DNA of 64,000 nucleotides from Asaia bogorensis (lineage in GTDB: Bacteria > Pseudomonadota > Alphaproteobacteria > Acetobacterales > Acetobacteraceae). This document shows positions 34,301 to 43,000 of this stretch, piece after piece. Position 1 is the first letter of the stretch. Every line of letters begins with the position of its first letter. The notes beneath the pieces are model-generated. The model worked only from the letters and a program-made list of their open reading frames with translations, was not told the DNA's origin and made no database searches. The translations under genes were made by a program, and so were the position numbers. The stretch lies in the NCBI GenBank assembly GCA_945861095.1, contig CAMATI010000001.1, positions 3,131 through 67,130 of the forward strand, in the 5' to 3' direction.

Positions 34301-37300
34301 CCGGCGAAATCCGCTACTTTCAGGCGGACGCCACCGACATCGACGCCATGAGCGAGGTCGTTGCCTGCTTGCGCGATACCTGGGGCGGGATTGATGCCGC
34401 GATCCACGCGGCTCTGGTGCTGCGAGATCGCACCATCGCACGCATGGATCGCCCGACATTCCATGCCGTCCTGGCCCCCAAGATCGCCGGCAGCCTGGTC
34501 ATGGCCGAGGTCCTGGCGGGCGAGAACCTGCAATTCTTCGCCTTCCTGTCTTCAGTGAACGTCATTTCCGGTTCTCGCGGACAGGCAAGCTACGTCGCGG
34601 CATCCAGTTTCGTTGACGCGTTCGCCCGCCAACTGGCCGCGGAACGACCGTGGCGCGTGATCGTCACCGACTGGGGACTTTGGGGCGACGTCGGCGTCGT
34701 CAGCGACGAGAGTTATCGTTCGCGACTGGCAGCACTGGGCGTGCATCCGATCAGCCCGGCAGACGGAATCGCGACATTCTCGTCTGTATTGGCAGGAAAC
34801 GTAAATCGCGTTGCGATCGTTCGGGCAGATCCGGAAGCCCTGCGCCAACTGGGACTGGCGGAATCCCCCGCCGTCGACGCGGAAGCCGGGCTGGAACAGG
34901 CGGAAGAGGCCTTTGCGCACTTAGAACGATACGGGCGTGTCTGTCTTCGGGAGACTCTGATCCAGATGACCGCCGGCGCGTCCGACAAGGCATGGACACC
35001 GGAAGGCTTGCGCCGCCGCCTGGGGATCTCACAGCGCCGCACGACGCTGTTTGCGGCGTTGCTGGATGCGTTGTCGCGGGACGGCCTGGTTGTTTCAACC
35101 GATGGATTGTGGCGGTTTGGCCCAACGCGCCCGGATCAGGTCAATTCCTCCCGCGCCATGCTGGACACCGCCCAGCGCGCCGCGACATGGCTGGGCGGAC
35201 CGCGGCGGTTGTTGCAGGCTTGCCTCGACGCCTATCCCGGAGTGTTGCGAGGAGAGATCGACCCGGTTGGTGTATTGTTCCCACACGCCTCCATGGAACT
35301 TGTCGAAGCAGCGTATGCAGCCAATCCTATAGCCGATCGTGCCAACCAAGCCGTGGCCGGCGCGGTCAGGGACCTTGTCGCAGCCCGGGCCCACCAGGGT
35401 GTTACACGCATCATCGAACTCGGGGCCGGAACCGGTAGCACAACTGCTGTCGTCCTTGATGCGCTCGGTCCTCTGGCGGAAACCGTCGAGTATCTTGTCA
35501 CCGATGTTTCCCAACGGTTTCTCGCCCATGGCCGGACCCGGTTCGCGGGATGCAACAATATTCGGTTCGCGGTGTATGACGTTGAACGGGACCCGACAGA
35601 GAACGGCCTTGAAGAAGCCGACTTTGACGTCGTCGTAGCGGCAAATGTGTTGCACGCTACGTCCGATCTGCTCGCCACACTGACCCGCACCCGCCGCCTG
35701 CTTGCCCCGACTGGACGGTTGGTGGTTTCGGAAGCGACGCGGGCGCAGGATTTCGGAACAATGGTATTCGGACTGACCCAGGGATGGTGGTTGGCCACCG
35801 ATCGGGACCGGCGCATCCCCTTCTCCCCTCTGGCTACGATCGAACGATGGCGTTTGGCGCTGATCGAAGCAGGTTTCGCCGATACAGATGTCCTGACGGT
35901 CGCGCGGCCCGGCAATGCGCCACCACACGCCGTGCTTTCGGCCCGGAATGCCGGGACGCATGCAACGAACGCCGCGACCGCAAGGCGGGCACCCCTGCCC
36001 AATCCGTCGGCGACCGTTCATGCGCCGCCCACAACCGACCGCCTGCATGACTACCTGCGGACAATTCTCGCGGACGTGCTGAAGGTCGATCCAGATGAAG
36101 TGCGAGTGGCCGAAAGTTTCGATCGATACGGCATGGAGTCGCTGACCGCGCTTGAAATCCGTAATCGCATGGATCGCGACATTCCCGGGCTGCCCGCTAC
36201 TTTGCTGTTTGAACACAACACAATAGCACGCCTTGCGACCTGGCTGACCGAGACGCACCCGAATGCACTGGTTCGGCTGTTCCGCCCTCCCGCGGCCCGG
36301 GACAGCGCACCCAACCCCGTCGAGCAGCCTTCGTTGCCGGTGGCGACCGTCGAACCTGCGACACAAGCAAAGCGCGCCGGCACGGATGAACCGATCGCCA
36401 TCATCGGCTTCGCCGGTCGCTACCCCGGCGGCGCAAATCCCGACCAGTTCTGGCAACTTCTGCGATCGGGCAACAGCGCGATCAAGGAAGTGCCCGCCGA
36501 CAGGTGGTCCGCCCCCGCAATGTTCGACGCCGCCGGCGCCGAGGGTCGGTCGTACACCAAGTGGGCCGGCTTCATCGACGACGTCGACTGTTTCGATCCG
36601 CTATTTTTCAACATTTCCCCGCTTGAAGCCGAGGTGATGGACCCACAGGAACGACTGTTCCTGGAAACTGCCTGGGCAACACTGGAACAAGCGGGCTACA
36701 CGCCCGCGCGCTTGAGGGATCGCGCGGCTGACATTTGTCTGGACGGCGGCGATGTCGGCGTCTTCGTCGGCGCGATGAACGTACCCTATCAATGGTTGGC
36801 CGCGGAGGCCTGGGCGGCCGGACACCCAAATGCCGCGTCCACCAATTACTGGTCGATCGCCAACCGGGTTTCGTTCCTGCTCGATTTTTCGGGCCCGAGC
36901 ATGGTCGTCGATACCGCGTGTTCCGCATCTCTGACGGCAATTCATTTGGCCTGCGAAAGTTTGCGGCGGGGCGAGTGCGGCGCTGCTCTGGCTGGCGGGG
37001 TCAATCTGATCCTGCACCCGAGGCAGTTCGTGAACCTGTCGCAGGCTCGGATGGTGTCGCATGGGGCGGAATGCCGGGCATTTGGTTCAGAAGCGGATGG
37101 TTTCGTGGATGGGGAGGGTGTGGGGGCGGTACTGTTGAAGCCACTCTCGGCGGCGCAACGCGACGGTGACCGGATAGAGGGTGTTATTCTCGGTAGCGCC
37201 GTCAACACAGGCGGACGGACGTCCGGGTTCACGGTGCCCAACCCTCGCGCACAGGCGCGCGTGATCCGTGCCGCGTTGGGCCGAGCGGGCGTGGACCCGT

Positions 37301-40026
37301 CGGACATCACGTATGTAGAGGCTCATGGGACGGGAACCGCGCTGGGTGACCCGATCGAGATCGCGGGATTGACGGAAGTCTTCGCGTCGACCGATCGGTC
37401 CCCCTGCGCGATCGGCGCGGTAAAGGCCAACATTGGGCATCTGGAATCAGCAGCGGGCATTGCCGGTCTTACGAAGGTTTTGCTGCAATTGCGACACCGG
37501 ACCATTTTACCCAACCGACATGCGGCCACACCAAATCCATTGATCGACTTCACTAAGACACCGTTCGTCTTACCCGCGGAACCGATGCAGTGGGAAGCAA
37601 GCACACCGGGCGGATTGCTGACCGCGGGCCTGAGTTCTTTTGGGGCCGGTGGTGCCAACGCACATCTGGTGGTGCAGGCCTATGACCAACCCGGTCCTCC
37701 TCCAACCGCAACGAACGGAGATGACCTCATCGTCCTGTCCGGGAGCGACCCAGATCGGCTCCGCGTCATCGCCACCAACCTGCTCGGCCACCTGCGCCAG
37801 CACTCGACCCCTCTTGCGGATCTTGCCCACACACTGCGCGTTGGGCGACAGGCAATGCCGACTCGATTGGCGATCTTTGCTCGCGAGCAAATCGAATTGG
37901 AGGCGAAGCTGACGGATTGGCTGAATGGTGCGCCCAGAGACGGGGTGATGCATGGCCCGGTTGACGGCAAGCCGACGCGCACCTTGTCCGAAACTGAGGC
38001 AGGTCGGGACGAGATCACCTCATTACTATCCCGTCGGGATCTTCGGCGCCTGGCGGAGCTTTGGGTGCAGGGTGCTGACGTTGACTGGACCTCCTTGCCG
38101 ATGGACCGCGCGCCGCGCCCGGTGGCATTGCCGACCTATCCGTTCCGGCGGGACCGCTATTGGCTTCCGACGCGCCCGGAAGCGACAGCAGCCCCGCCGC
38201 TGGCGGAACCGTCGGCCGAACCAGAGGTCATCGACCAACCCGCTCGGATCCAGTTGTTTTGCCGAACCTGGCAACCCGCACCAGCCCTACCACACCGTCG
38301 CGCGGGGACGGTTTTGGTGCTGTCGCGCGACACCGCGCTCGCGGTATCGCTGGCATCCATTTGGACCGGCAACGTGAAGACGATCCGGGTTGGAAAGGGT
38401 TTCGCGGAACTGGACTCGCATACCCTGCAATTGGACCCGGCGTCGGAAGACGATCACGCCGCGCTGATCGCGTATCTGATCCGCACGGAACCGCGCGGTT
38501 TTGACATCGTGCAAGCGCTGGACTGGCAGGCTGGCGGCGGTTCGGCCGGCGGCGACGGACCGCTCGCCAGCATCCTGCTGGCCCAGGCCGCGCAACGCGG
38601 AGAGGCATCCAACGCCCGTATTCTGCACCTGTTCGGCCAAGCCGACGATCGCCCCTTGGACCAGGCGGTCGGCTCTCTGGCCCGATCCGCGGTCCAGGAA
38701 AGTGACCATTGCCGCCTGCGGGCCGTCGGTATCCTCGGTCCGGTCGACCCCGAACGTGCCGCAACGATTTGCCTTGAGGAGTTGCTTGCCGCCGACGACG
38801 CCCCTGAAGTATCGCATGGTCCAGACGGCCGTCAGTCACCTGGCATCGAACCGGTTTCGGTCGACCCCAAACTCGCAACGATCGGCTTCCGCATCGGCGG
38901 CGCCTATCTGCTGGTCGGCGGCCTGGGGGAAGTCGGCTGCGCGATCGCCGAACGCCTCGGGCGGGACTATCGGGCACGTATCGCCATTATCGGCCGCAGC
39001 GAACCACGCGGACCAGCACTGGAACGATTGCGCAAGCTGCGGGATTCAGGCCTGCAGGTTCATTACGAGGCGTGCAACCTTACCGACCGCCCCGGTCTCC
39101 ACCGGGCCCTGGCATCGATCCGCGGCCAGTTCGGTCGTCTGCACGGGGTTTTGCACCTGGCCCGCACAGTGGAGGACGCCTTGCTTGTCCGCAAATCCGC
39201 CGCCAGTGTCGGACGCGTCATGGCAGCGAAGGTGGACGGCAGCATCGCGCTCGATGCAGCCCTTGCCGGGGAGGAACTGGATTGGTTCGTGCTGTGCTCG
39301 TCCCTGGCTGCGTGGCTTGGTCTGGCCGGTGGCGGCGATTACGCCCTGGCATGTGCCTTCCAGAGCGGGTTTGCCCGCTTGCGCCAGCAAAAGGTCGAAC
39401 GCGGCGAACGTTACGGACGCACGGTTGCAATCTGCTGGCCGCAATGGCGTCATGACAAATATCTCAACGACGCGAAGCTACGCCGTCTGGCGGCCGAGGG
39501 TCTGCAAACAATCGACGCGCGGGACGGGCTTCGCATTATCGAACAGGCGATGCAGGCGGACCGCACAGAGGTCGCCGCCGTCAAGGGCACCGAACGCGCG
39601 TTTCACCGCCTGACATTGGCCTACCGTCAGGACACCGCGCCACTGGTCGCCGCCCCATCGGTCGACCCGGACGACGGGTTCGCCGCCGAATTGGGCCGTC
39701 TGACAGATGCGGAGCTGTCCGCCTATTTGGTGCATCTGAGGCCAGCCGAGCCGGAGCCGGCCGCGCCATCGGAGGACGCCGAACAGGTTGTGCTCGAAAC
39801 CATCTGTGCCTTCCTGAAAGTCCCGGCGGATCGCTTCGACGCCGACGCCGAATTCGCCGCGTTCGGATTGGACTCAATCAAGGCCTTGCATGTCTCGGAA
39901 CGTCTGCAGAAGCGCCTGGGGGTCCAGATTGATCCCGCAATGTTCTATGAATACCCCCGGATTGGCGCTTTCGCTAAAGCCCTTTCAGGTCGTTCGGCGA
40001 TGCCGTCGATGAGGATCCGATCATGA
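25366..40026 (+). CDS. trans-AT PKS 3: cMT-ACP-KS-DH-KR-ACP-KS-DH-KR-cMT-ACP-KS-KR-ACP
   Basis: Start moved to GTG 25366 (GTGA overlap with the previous stop, GGGAG SD). cMTs ILEVGAGTGG and IIELGAGTGS; ACPs GVDSI, GIDSI, GMESL, GLDSI; three KS with DTACS/HGTGT/GH; DHs HRLHQQSVLP and HLVQGRLMLP; KRs GALGGIG, GGAGGIG and GGLGEVG, each with the catalytic Tyr. Confidence 0.92.
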   Translation: MTRRIDPFTALDPYAVLLLHQAVGQQDIAALALPRHQRLVSALNRLLRAAPSRSAPAAEIRANLLAVAPDLAPHVRLLEHCANHLIAVICGRAVASDVMFPAGSMSLVEPIYQGNRWTDHFNNLTAIAVVRAVATCVSRNDTGLVRILEVGAGTGGTSGAVLAALEPYHDSISYDYTDVSPGFIQHGKKVHGHNRPFLTARLLDLERPPGPQGFEAGSYDVIVGTNVLHATSRIAMSLEHINGLLRNGGLLLLNEITRSGAFASMTFGLLDGWWAFRDPEVRLPDSPVLSAAGWRQMLSGVGFNTPATFGWTNPPEESFQCLFVAAKIAEAASRAIPSRDLRPVLAEHLAGLLGLDPTELAADRPLADYGVDSIVAPQFVTILNQQLGSRLVPTDIFNCATLAGLAEHLRTMPLASPGEGTLCSPEATVSPTPTPEPASRDIAVIGLSCRFPGARDASEFWRNLVAGKSSITEVPPDRWITTETGRTRWGGFLEDHDCFDPEFFNLSWREAEAMSPQQRVFLEQAWNALENAGYGKKGLSGQRCGVYVGAAPDGYGVNQNDSLSSLGGSLAILSARISYVLDLKGPSLPLDTACSSSLVAVHLACQSLLSGDCDMALAGGVSILMTDHRLHSFLDDAGMLSPTGQCHTFDAAADGFVPGEGVGIVVLKRLDQALADRDAIVGVIKGSGVNQDGRTSGITAPSGPAQSALEEMVYQRAGVSPSAIGLVEAHGTGTQLGDPIEVNALANTFRRHTDRTAFCALGSVKTNVGHTLTAAGIAGLIKILLAVRNETIPPHLNYESENPEVDFAATPFFVPRQALPWHGVPRLAAVSSFGFSGTNAHVVIANAPVLKPLRAPVTGTPYLILLSARSPDALDARRQDLLDWLRDNAPDLTDLAYTLCHGRGHFEHRLALIVDSIEALREWRGTVLQSEPLVLPARGNQDAEMATLLAARSPDLGLIADCFIRGGDGDWSRLAQQGANRLALPGYRFLRQRFQTRPISATPPPIAATEQPGDLHPLLLANVSRFGQVAFSLKLDLNAVWFRDHRLHQQSVLPASAIIELAREATSRATHRPVSGVMNLRFQRPITATSNGPFKIALEPWGNGASFVVTDAHEVVYAEGRAETDPMPLAPSGFDLPALQARLRSHFTPGEIYARFGSLGFDYGSGFQVITALHASTDEVLAELTSPSPVDDRVSLDPALLDGAIQSAVGLVLVKNEALSSVVPVSMGQVTLHGQLRNACLAYVLLLSTENDIRRLKIAVMDTDGQAIATLDDVAIRVVATERRDDAILTFVPGWEPVPIPAADPPSRIVLFDRDEGVWRQLGRDAILVRPGSAFCRLEQRSFAIDPANPEDYTRLLDTLRSEGLAVRTAWHLWSRQPVAIDLRSATNEAIGVSLRDGLHSVFTLAASLARQSSGDAVTLLHVHTAGPTAPSLHAPVAAFGAALRRENPALHVASVSLSSPEIPHIIANLSAETALALDGIDNDICWDIAGTRTVQRLRPFALPTAQAPALRKQCVILLTGALGGIGHHIARHLAARHQARLVLMGRSPSGATDEALVAAIRSAGGDAFYVAGDVANETDVRTAVTLAKSRFGVLHGVIHAAGVTRDRFLLHKHSNDLDAVLAPKLFGTLALDRATAEERLDFFVCFSSLAGRFGNAGQTDYSAANRFLDAYMQHRAGPGRSLSIGWPYWRDGGLAVDDVEQRRRSEATGIRSIETAEALTIFDTLLTMATGSVLLLPGDPDAIQALTNQAAPGPRPLTRGTTDATAIDNAVDYLRTLLADATSIPEDRINPDRPLEQYGIDSILVTRLNAALEQRFSGLPKTLFFEHQTLREAALYLAARHAAQLAPKLTADFVLPTPSAPPAQSDGMAIIGIAGRYPGADTLEAFWDNLCADRDLITEIPADRWDQAAWFDATPGTPGRSYSKWGGFLTGVDQFDPLFFNIAPAEAASIDPNERQFLEVCWEALENAGHTRTTLARDSARSVGVYAGVMYGEYQLLAAAAQSGGRGTVGGASPYWSVANRVSYHLDLHGPSMAVDTACSSSLTAVHLACQALASGECSLAIAGGVNLSLHPLKYVGLSQGRFAASDGHCHSFTAGGDGYVPGEGVGAVILKPLSAALADGDYVHAVIRGWSTNHGGKTNGYTVPNPRLQGKAIAASLRRGGIDPATISYIEAHGTGTALGDPIEVAGLAAAFDGGLPPRSCALGSVKANIGHLEAAAGIAGLTRVVLQMQHRTLTPTRRHGPDNPNIDFSATPFHLQHERKSWDRPEPLRAGVSSFGAGGANAHLIVESFRPSRAKATETGPAVLILSARTEAQLRAYAERLIPFFRASPFSLADVCRTLQVGREPMSVRLAVVVSTLDAAAGHLAEFLRQTSETVHFGTVDDDAVDVPLHDQAGLEDIARAWVSGTSVDWETQALPGQLVPVPPHPFMRRRYWLDTAPAPLTVSANATPRPFLDRSEPSLDGAVWVRHFLPTEPIVRDHLVQGRLMLPGVAQLEMAWAAMAAIVRPTDVLTDVVWSAPMLIGANGTEARITLRNAEDGMTFEIVIPGVGPTCRGRSGQSHLGTTATIDVVGLRNAASRHLPATQIYATLGVLGVTYGPSLRSLTDIWIGDGTVLAALSPISAPSGMTLPPSVLDGALQSLLGFADTDTDAERLFIPFSLNEVRRNGDLDLARFVVSRCREISGEVAVFDMKICDADGNVLLTLDRLAARPGPRRKPEVSVPLTIREPVWEALPHVDRLPAGAMVVVVHTSSDQALARRFVTDFDAGSILLTDDAAAIALAVSSATDIVWIASPPYGGTISEQSEDMAYKLLRVIQELDRSGRLGRDLRLRIVTCGFQSVSAREKPDPRAAALVGVAKCVALEFPRVAVTLTDLDATTRDALSVAGLVLAEFASVPVREVAWRTGTRHVLGTRPVRLPDAIPPVRPGSVVMIVGGAGGIGCEIASWLARDCSARVALIGRRAEASLATPVRGLSSGAGEIRYFQADATDIDAMSEVVACLRDTWGGIDAAIHAALVLRDRTIARMDRPTFHAVLAPKIAGSLVMAEVLAGENLQFFAFLSSVNVISGSRGQASYVAASSFVDAFARQLAAERPWRVIVTDWGLWGDVGVVSDESYRSRLAALGVHPISPADGIATFSSVLAGNVNRVAIVRADPEALRQLGLAESPAVDAEAGLEQAEEAFAHLERYGRVCLRETLIQMTAGASDKAWTPEGLRRRLGISQRRTTLFAALLDALSRDGLVVSTDGLWRFGPTRPDQVNSSRAMLDTAQRAATWLGGPRRLLQACLDAYPGVLRGEIDPVGVLFPHASMELVEAAYAANPIADRANQAVAGAVRDLVAARAHQGVTRIIELGAGTGSTTAVVLDALGPLAETVEYLVTDVSQRFLAHGRTRFAGCNNIRFAVYDVERDPTENGLEEADFDVVVAANVLHATSDLLATLTRTRRLLAPTGRLVVSEATRAQDFGTMVFGLTQGWWLATDRDRRIPFSPLATIERWRLALIEAGFADTDVLTVARPGNAPPHAVLSARNAGTHATNAATARRAPLPNPSATVHAPPTTDRLHDYLRTILADVLKVDPDEVRVAESFDRYGMESLTALEIRNRMDRDIPGLPATLLFEHNTIARLATWLTETHPNALVRLFRPPAARDSAPNPVEQPSLPVATVEPATQAKRAGTDEPIAIIGFAGRYPGGANPDQFWQLLRSGNSAIKEVPADRWSAPAMFDAAGAEGRSYTKWAGFIDDVDCFDPLFFNISPLEAEVMDPQERLFLETAWATLEQAGYTPARLRDRAADICLDGGDVGVFVGAMNVPYQWLAAEAWAAGHPNAASTNYWSIANRVSFLLDFSGPSMVVDTACSASLTAIHLACESLRRGECGAALAGGVNLILHPRQFVNLSQARMVSHGAECRAFGSEADGFVDGEGVGAVLLKPLSAAQRDGDRIEGVILGSAVNTGGRTSGFTVPNPRAQARVIRAALGRAGVDPSDITYVEAHGTGTALGDPIEIAGLTEVFASTDRSPCAIGAVKANIGHLESAAGIAGLTKVLLQLRHRTILPNRHAATPNPLIDFTKTPFVLPAEPMQWEASTPGGLLTAGLSSFGAGGANAHLVVQAYDQPGPPPTATNGDDLIVLSGSDPDRLRVIATNLLGHLRQHSTPLADLAHTLRVGRQAMPTRLAIFAREQIELEAKLTDWLNGAPRDGVMHGPVDGKPTRTLSETEAGRDEITSLLSRRDLRRLAELWVQGADVDWTSLPMDRAPRPVALPTYPFRRDRYWLPTRPEATAAPPLAEPSAEPEVIDQPARIQLFCRTWQPAPALPHRRAGTVLVLSRDTALAVSLASIWTGNVKTIRVGKGFAELDSHTLQLDPASEDDHAALIAYLIRTEPRGFDIVQALDWQAGGGSAGGDGPLASILLAQAAQRGEASNARILHLFGQADDRPLDQAVGSLARSAVQESDHCRLRAVGILGPVDPERAATICLEELLAADDAPEVSHGPDGRQSPGIEPVSVDPKLATIGFRIGGAYLLVGGLGEVGCAIAERLGRDYRARIAIIGRSEPRGPALERLRKLRDSGLQVHYEACNLTDRPGLHRALASIRGQFGRLHGVLHLARTVEDALLVRKSAASVGRVMAAKVDGSIALDAALAGEELDWFVLCSSLAAWLGLAGGGDYALACAFQSGFARLRQQKVERGERYGRTVAICWPQWRHDKYLNDAKLRRLAAEGLQTIDARDGLRIIEQAMQADRTEVAAVKGTERAFHRLTLAYRQDTAPLVAAPSVDPDDGFAAELGRLTDAELSAYLVHLRPAEPEPAAPSEDAEQVVLETICAFLKVPADRFDADAEFAAFGLDSIKALHVSERLQKRLGVQIDPAMFYEYPRIGAFAKALSGRSAMPSMRIRS

Positions 40027-43000
40027 GCGCGTCACGCAAGGACCTCGAACAAGCGGCGGGTCGCCTGTGGCGCACCAGGCAGGGTGAACATCTGCAACGT
40101 CCTGCCGAATTCGCGGCGGGATTGCGTGCCACGCCCACCTCACCCGCACCCGCACCGGCGCCCACTCCAACCACGATCACCCGTTCGGCTGAACGACTGG
40201 AATTCAGTCTTATGTTTTTTTCGGCCGCCGCGGGAGACGTTGCGCGTCCGGACTTGTATCATCTGGTGCAGCAGGCGGCCCAGTTCGCCGACCAGCGGGG
40301 ATTCTCCGCGGTTTGGCTACCGGAGCGGCATTTTCATCCGTTTGGCGGTCCCTATCCGAACCCGGCGGTGCTGGCGGCATCGCTGGCGACCGTTACCAAT
40401 TCAATCCGCTTGCGGGCTGGCAGCGTGGTGCTTCCGCTTCACCAACCGGCCCATGTGGCCGAAACATGGTCAATGGTCGATAACCTGTCCAACGGTCGGG
40501 TGGAAGTCGCGTTCGGCAGCGGCTGGAACCCCAACGATTTCGTGTTGTCCCCCGATACGTTCGCCGATGCGACGGATGTCTTGCGGCAACGGGTCCAAGA
40601 CGTGCGCGCTTTCTGGCGTGGTGACACGTTGTCATTGCCGAACGGCCGCGGAGAGACGGTTCCGATCCGCATCTATCCCAAGCCGATCCAACCTGACCTA
40701 CCCGTCTGGATATCCACAACGGGGACCCCCGCGTCGTTTGCGTGGGCCGGCGCGTCCGGCTGCAACATCCTGACCATGCTGCTCGGCGGCGAAATCGATG
40801 ATATCGCCCCCAAAATCGCCATCTACCGGGCCGCTCGCCGCGACGCGGGTCTGGACCCCGATGCGGGCAAGGTCGCCCTGATGCTGCACAGCTTCGTGCA
40901 CGAAAGCGGCGACTTCGCACGGGCGACCATTCGCGCCCCGTTCCTGGACTATGTGCGCAACTCCGTCGATGTGCAGCGTCACGGATCGGACGCAGGGCGT
41001 GCCATGACGGAGGCTCAACGAGAACAGGTCATTGGTTACGCGTTCGAACGCTACACAAGATCGGCGGCGCTGTTCGGCTCCCCATCCGAATGTCGCGGTG
41101 TGCTGGATCGCGCGGCCGCGGCCGGAGTCGATGAGATCGCCTGCCTGATTGACTTTGGCGTCGAGGACGGGCTGGTACTGGACGCATTGACCCACCTGGA
41201 CGCGCTGCGTCCAACCCGTCCCGTCGTTGCGGGTCCGTTTGTTGCACCGCCCGCCGCTGTTACGGCTCCGTCGCAAGAGCCGATCGCCATTGTCGGTCTG
41301 AGCGGACGCTTTCCCGGGGCACTGGACGTTGATGCGTTCTGGAACAATCTGCGCATGGGTCGCGCGTCGATGACTGCCCCTCCCCCGGGTCGAGATAGGC
41401 CGGACTTGCCGCCGCTCGGCGGATATATTGACGACCTGGATGGTTTCGACTGCGACCTGTTCGACGTTGCGCCAGCCGAGGCAACCGCCATGGACCCGCA
41501 CCAACGCGTGTTTCTGGAGCAGGTTTGGGCCGCGGTGGAAAACGCCGGATACAGACCCAGCGATCTGCGTGGCACCCCGACCGGCGTGTTCGCGGCCGTC
41601 TATTCCACCAGCCACGAATCGACTTTACGGGCAAAAGGGGAAGCGCTGGACGGATTGTCGGTCGCTGGCGCCGTATTGTCGATGGTGCCGAATCGCACAT
41701 CGTTTCTGTTCGACTGGACCGGCCCCAGCGAGGCCGTGAATACCGCCTGCTCCAGCGGGTTGGTGGCCGTGCATCGGGCGGCCAGCGCATTGCGGGCGGG
41801 TGAATGCGGCATGGCGATTGCCGGCGGCGTCAGCCTGCTGCTGGCCCCGGAGGAAACCGCGGCGCTGGCCCGTCTTGGCGTGCTGTCGCCGGACGGGAAC
41901 TGCCGAGCGTTTGATATGAAAGCGGAAGGACAGGTGAGGGGAGAGGGGGCGGGGGTCGTCGTTTTGAAACGACTGTCCGACGCGGAGCGTGACGGCGATT
42001 TCATCTACGCTCTGATCCGCGGTTCGGCGGTCAATCATGGCGGCGCGCGCGGCAAGTCACTGACCATGCCCAATCCCCGCCTGCAAGCCGCTTGTATGGT
42101 CGACGCGATCAGCCGATCCGGGATTTCGCCAACGCGGATCGGCTATATTGAAGCGCATGGCGCTGGCACATCCATCGGCGATCTGGCGGAACTGAGCGCT
42201 TTCACGCAGGCGTTCGACATCCTGGGGGCGGCGCCGAGCGGCAAGTGCGTGGTCGGCAGCGTGAAGTCCAACATTGGCTCACTGGACGCCGCGGGCGGTA
42301 TTGCCGGGCTGATAAAAGCCGCCCTGGCATTGCATCATCGGACGATACCGGCCACGTTAAACCGTCAGAACGATCCGGACGGCTTCGATCCCGCTGGTCC
42401 ATTGCGTTTTGCCGATGGAACCCATCCCTGGGATCCACCCATCACTGGCGGTCGCGCAGCCGGCGTGCACGCCTACGGTCTTGGCGGCACCAATGCACAC
42501 GTGGTGCTGGATGAATATACGTCCCGTCCCGACATGCCATCCGCGCATGGACCGTCGATCGTGACGATTTCAGCGCGGTCCGCGGCTGGCCTACGAACAA
42601 CGCTCGATCGTCTGGCCGCCTGGCTCGACAATCCACCCCGATCCGCAACGGTGGCCGACATCGCCTACACGCTGGCGTCGGGACGGGAGGCCTTGCCCTG
42701 TCGCTGGTCCACGGTGGCATCCGATCTCCCTGATCTTCGTTCCGCCTTGCGGGATGGCCCCACGGAACGCGCTACGGATACAGCATCTGCGGCCGTCCCC
42801 ACCTCGGGACGTCGCATTCCGCTGCCGGGCACGGCCTTCGAACGAGCATCATCCAGTGTCGTCGGGTCCTTTTATGACAGCGTCACCCGGGCAGAGGAAC
42901 GGGAGGGCGACATCTACCTGACCCTCGCGCCGTTCCCGGACGTGGTGCCCGGCTTTTCATGGACCCGCACCTTCCAGGACCCCGACCACAACCCGGGGCA

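Noticed and set aside
40130-40185. Pro/Ala/Thr low-complexity stretch (and similar ones between domains)
   Set aside because: Ordinary flexible linkers, not tandem DNA repeats.
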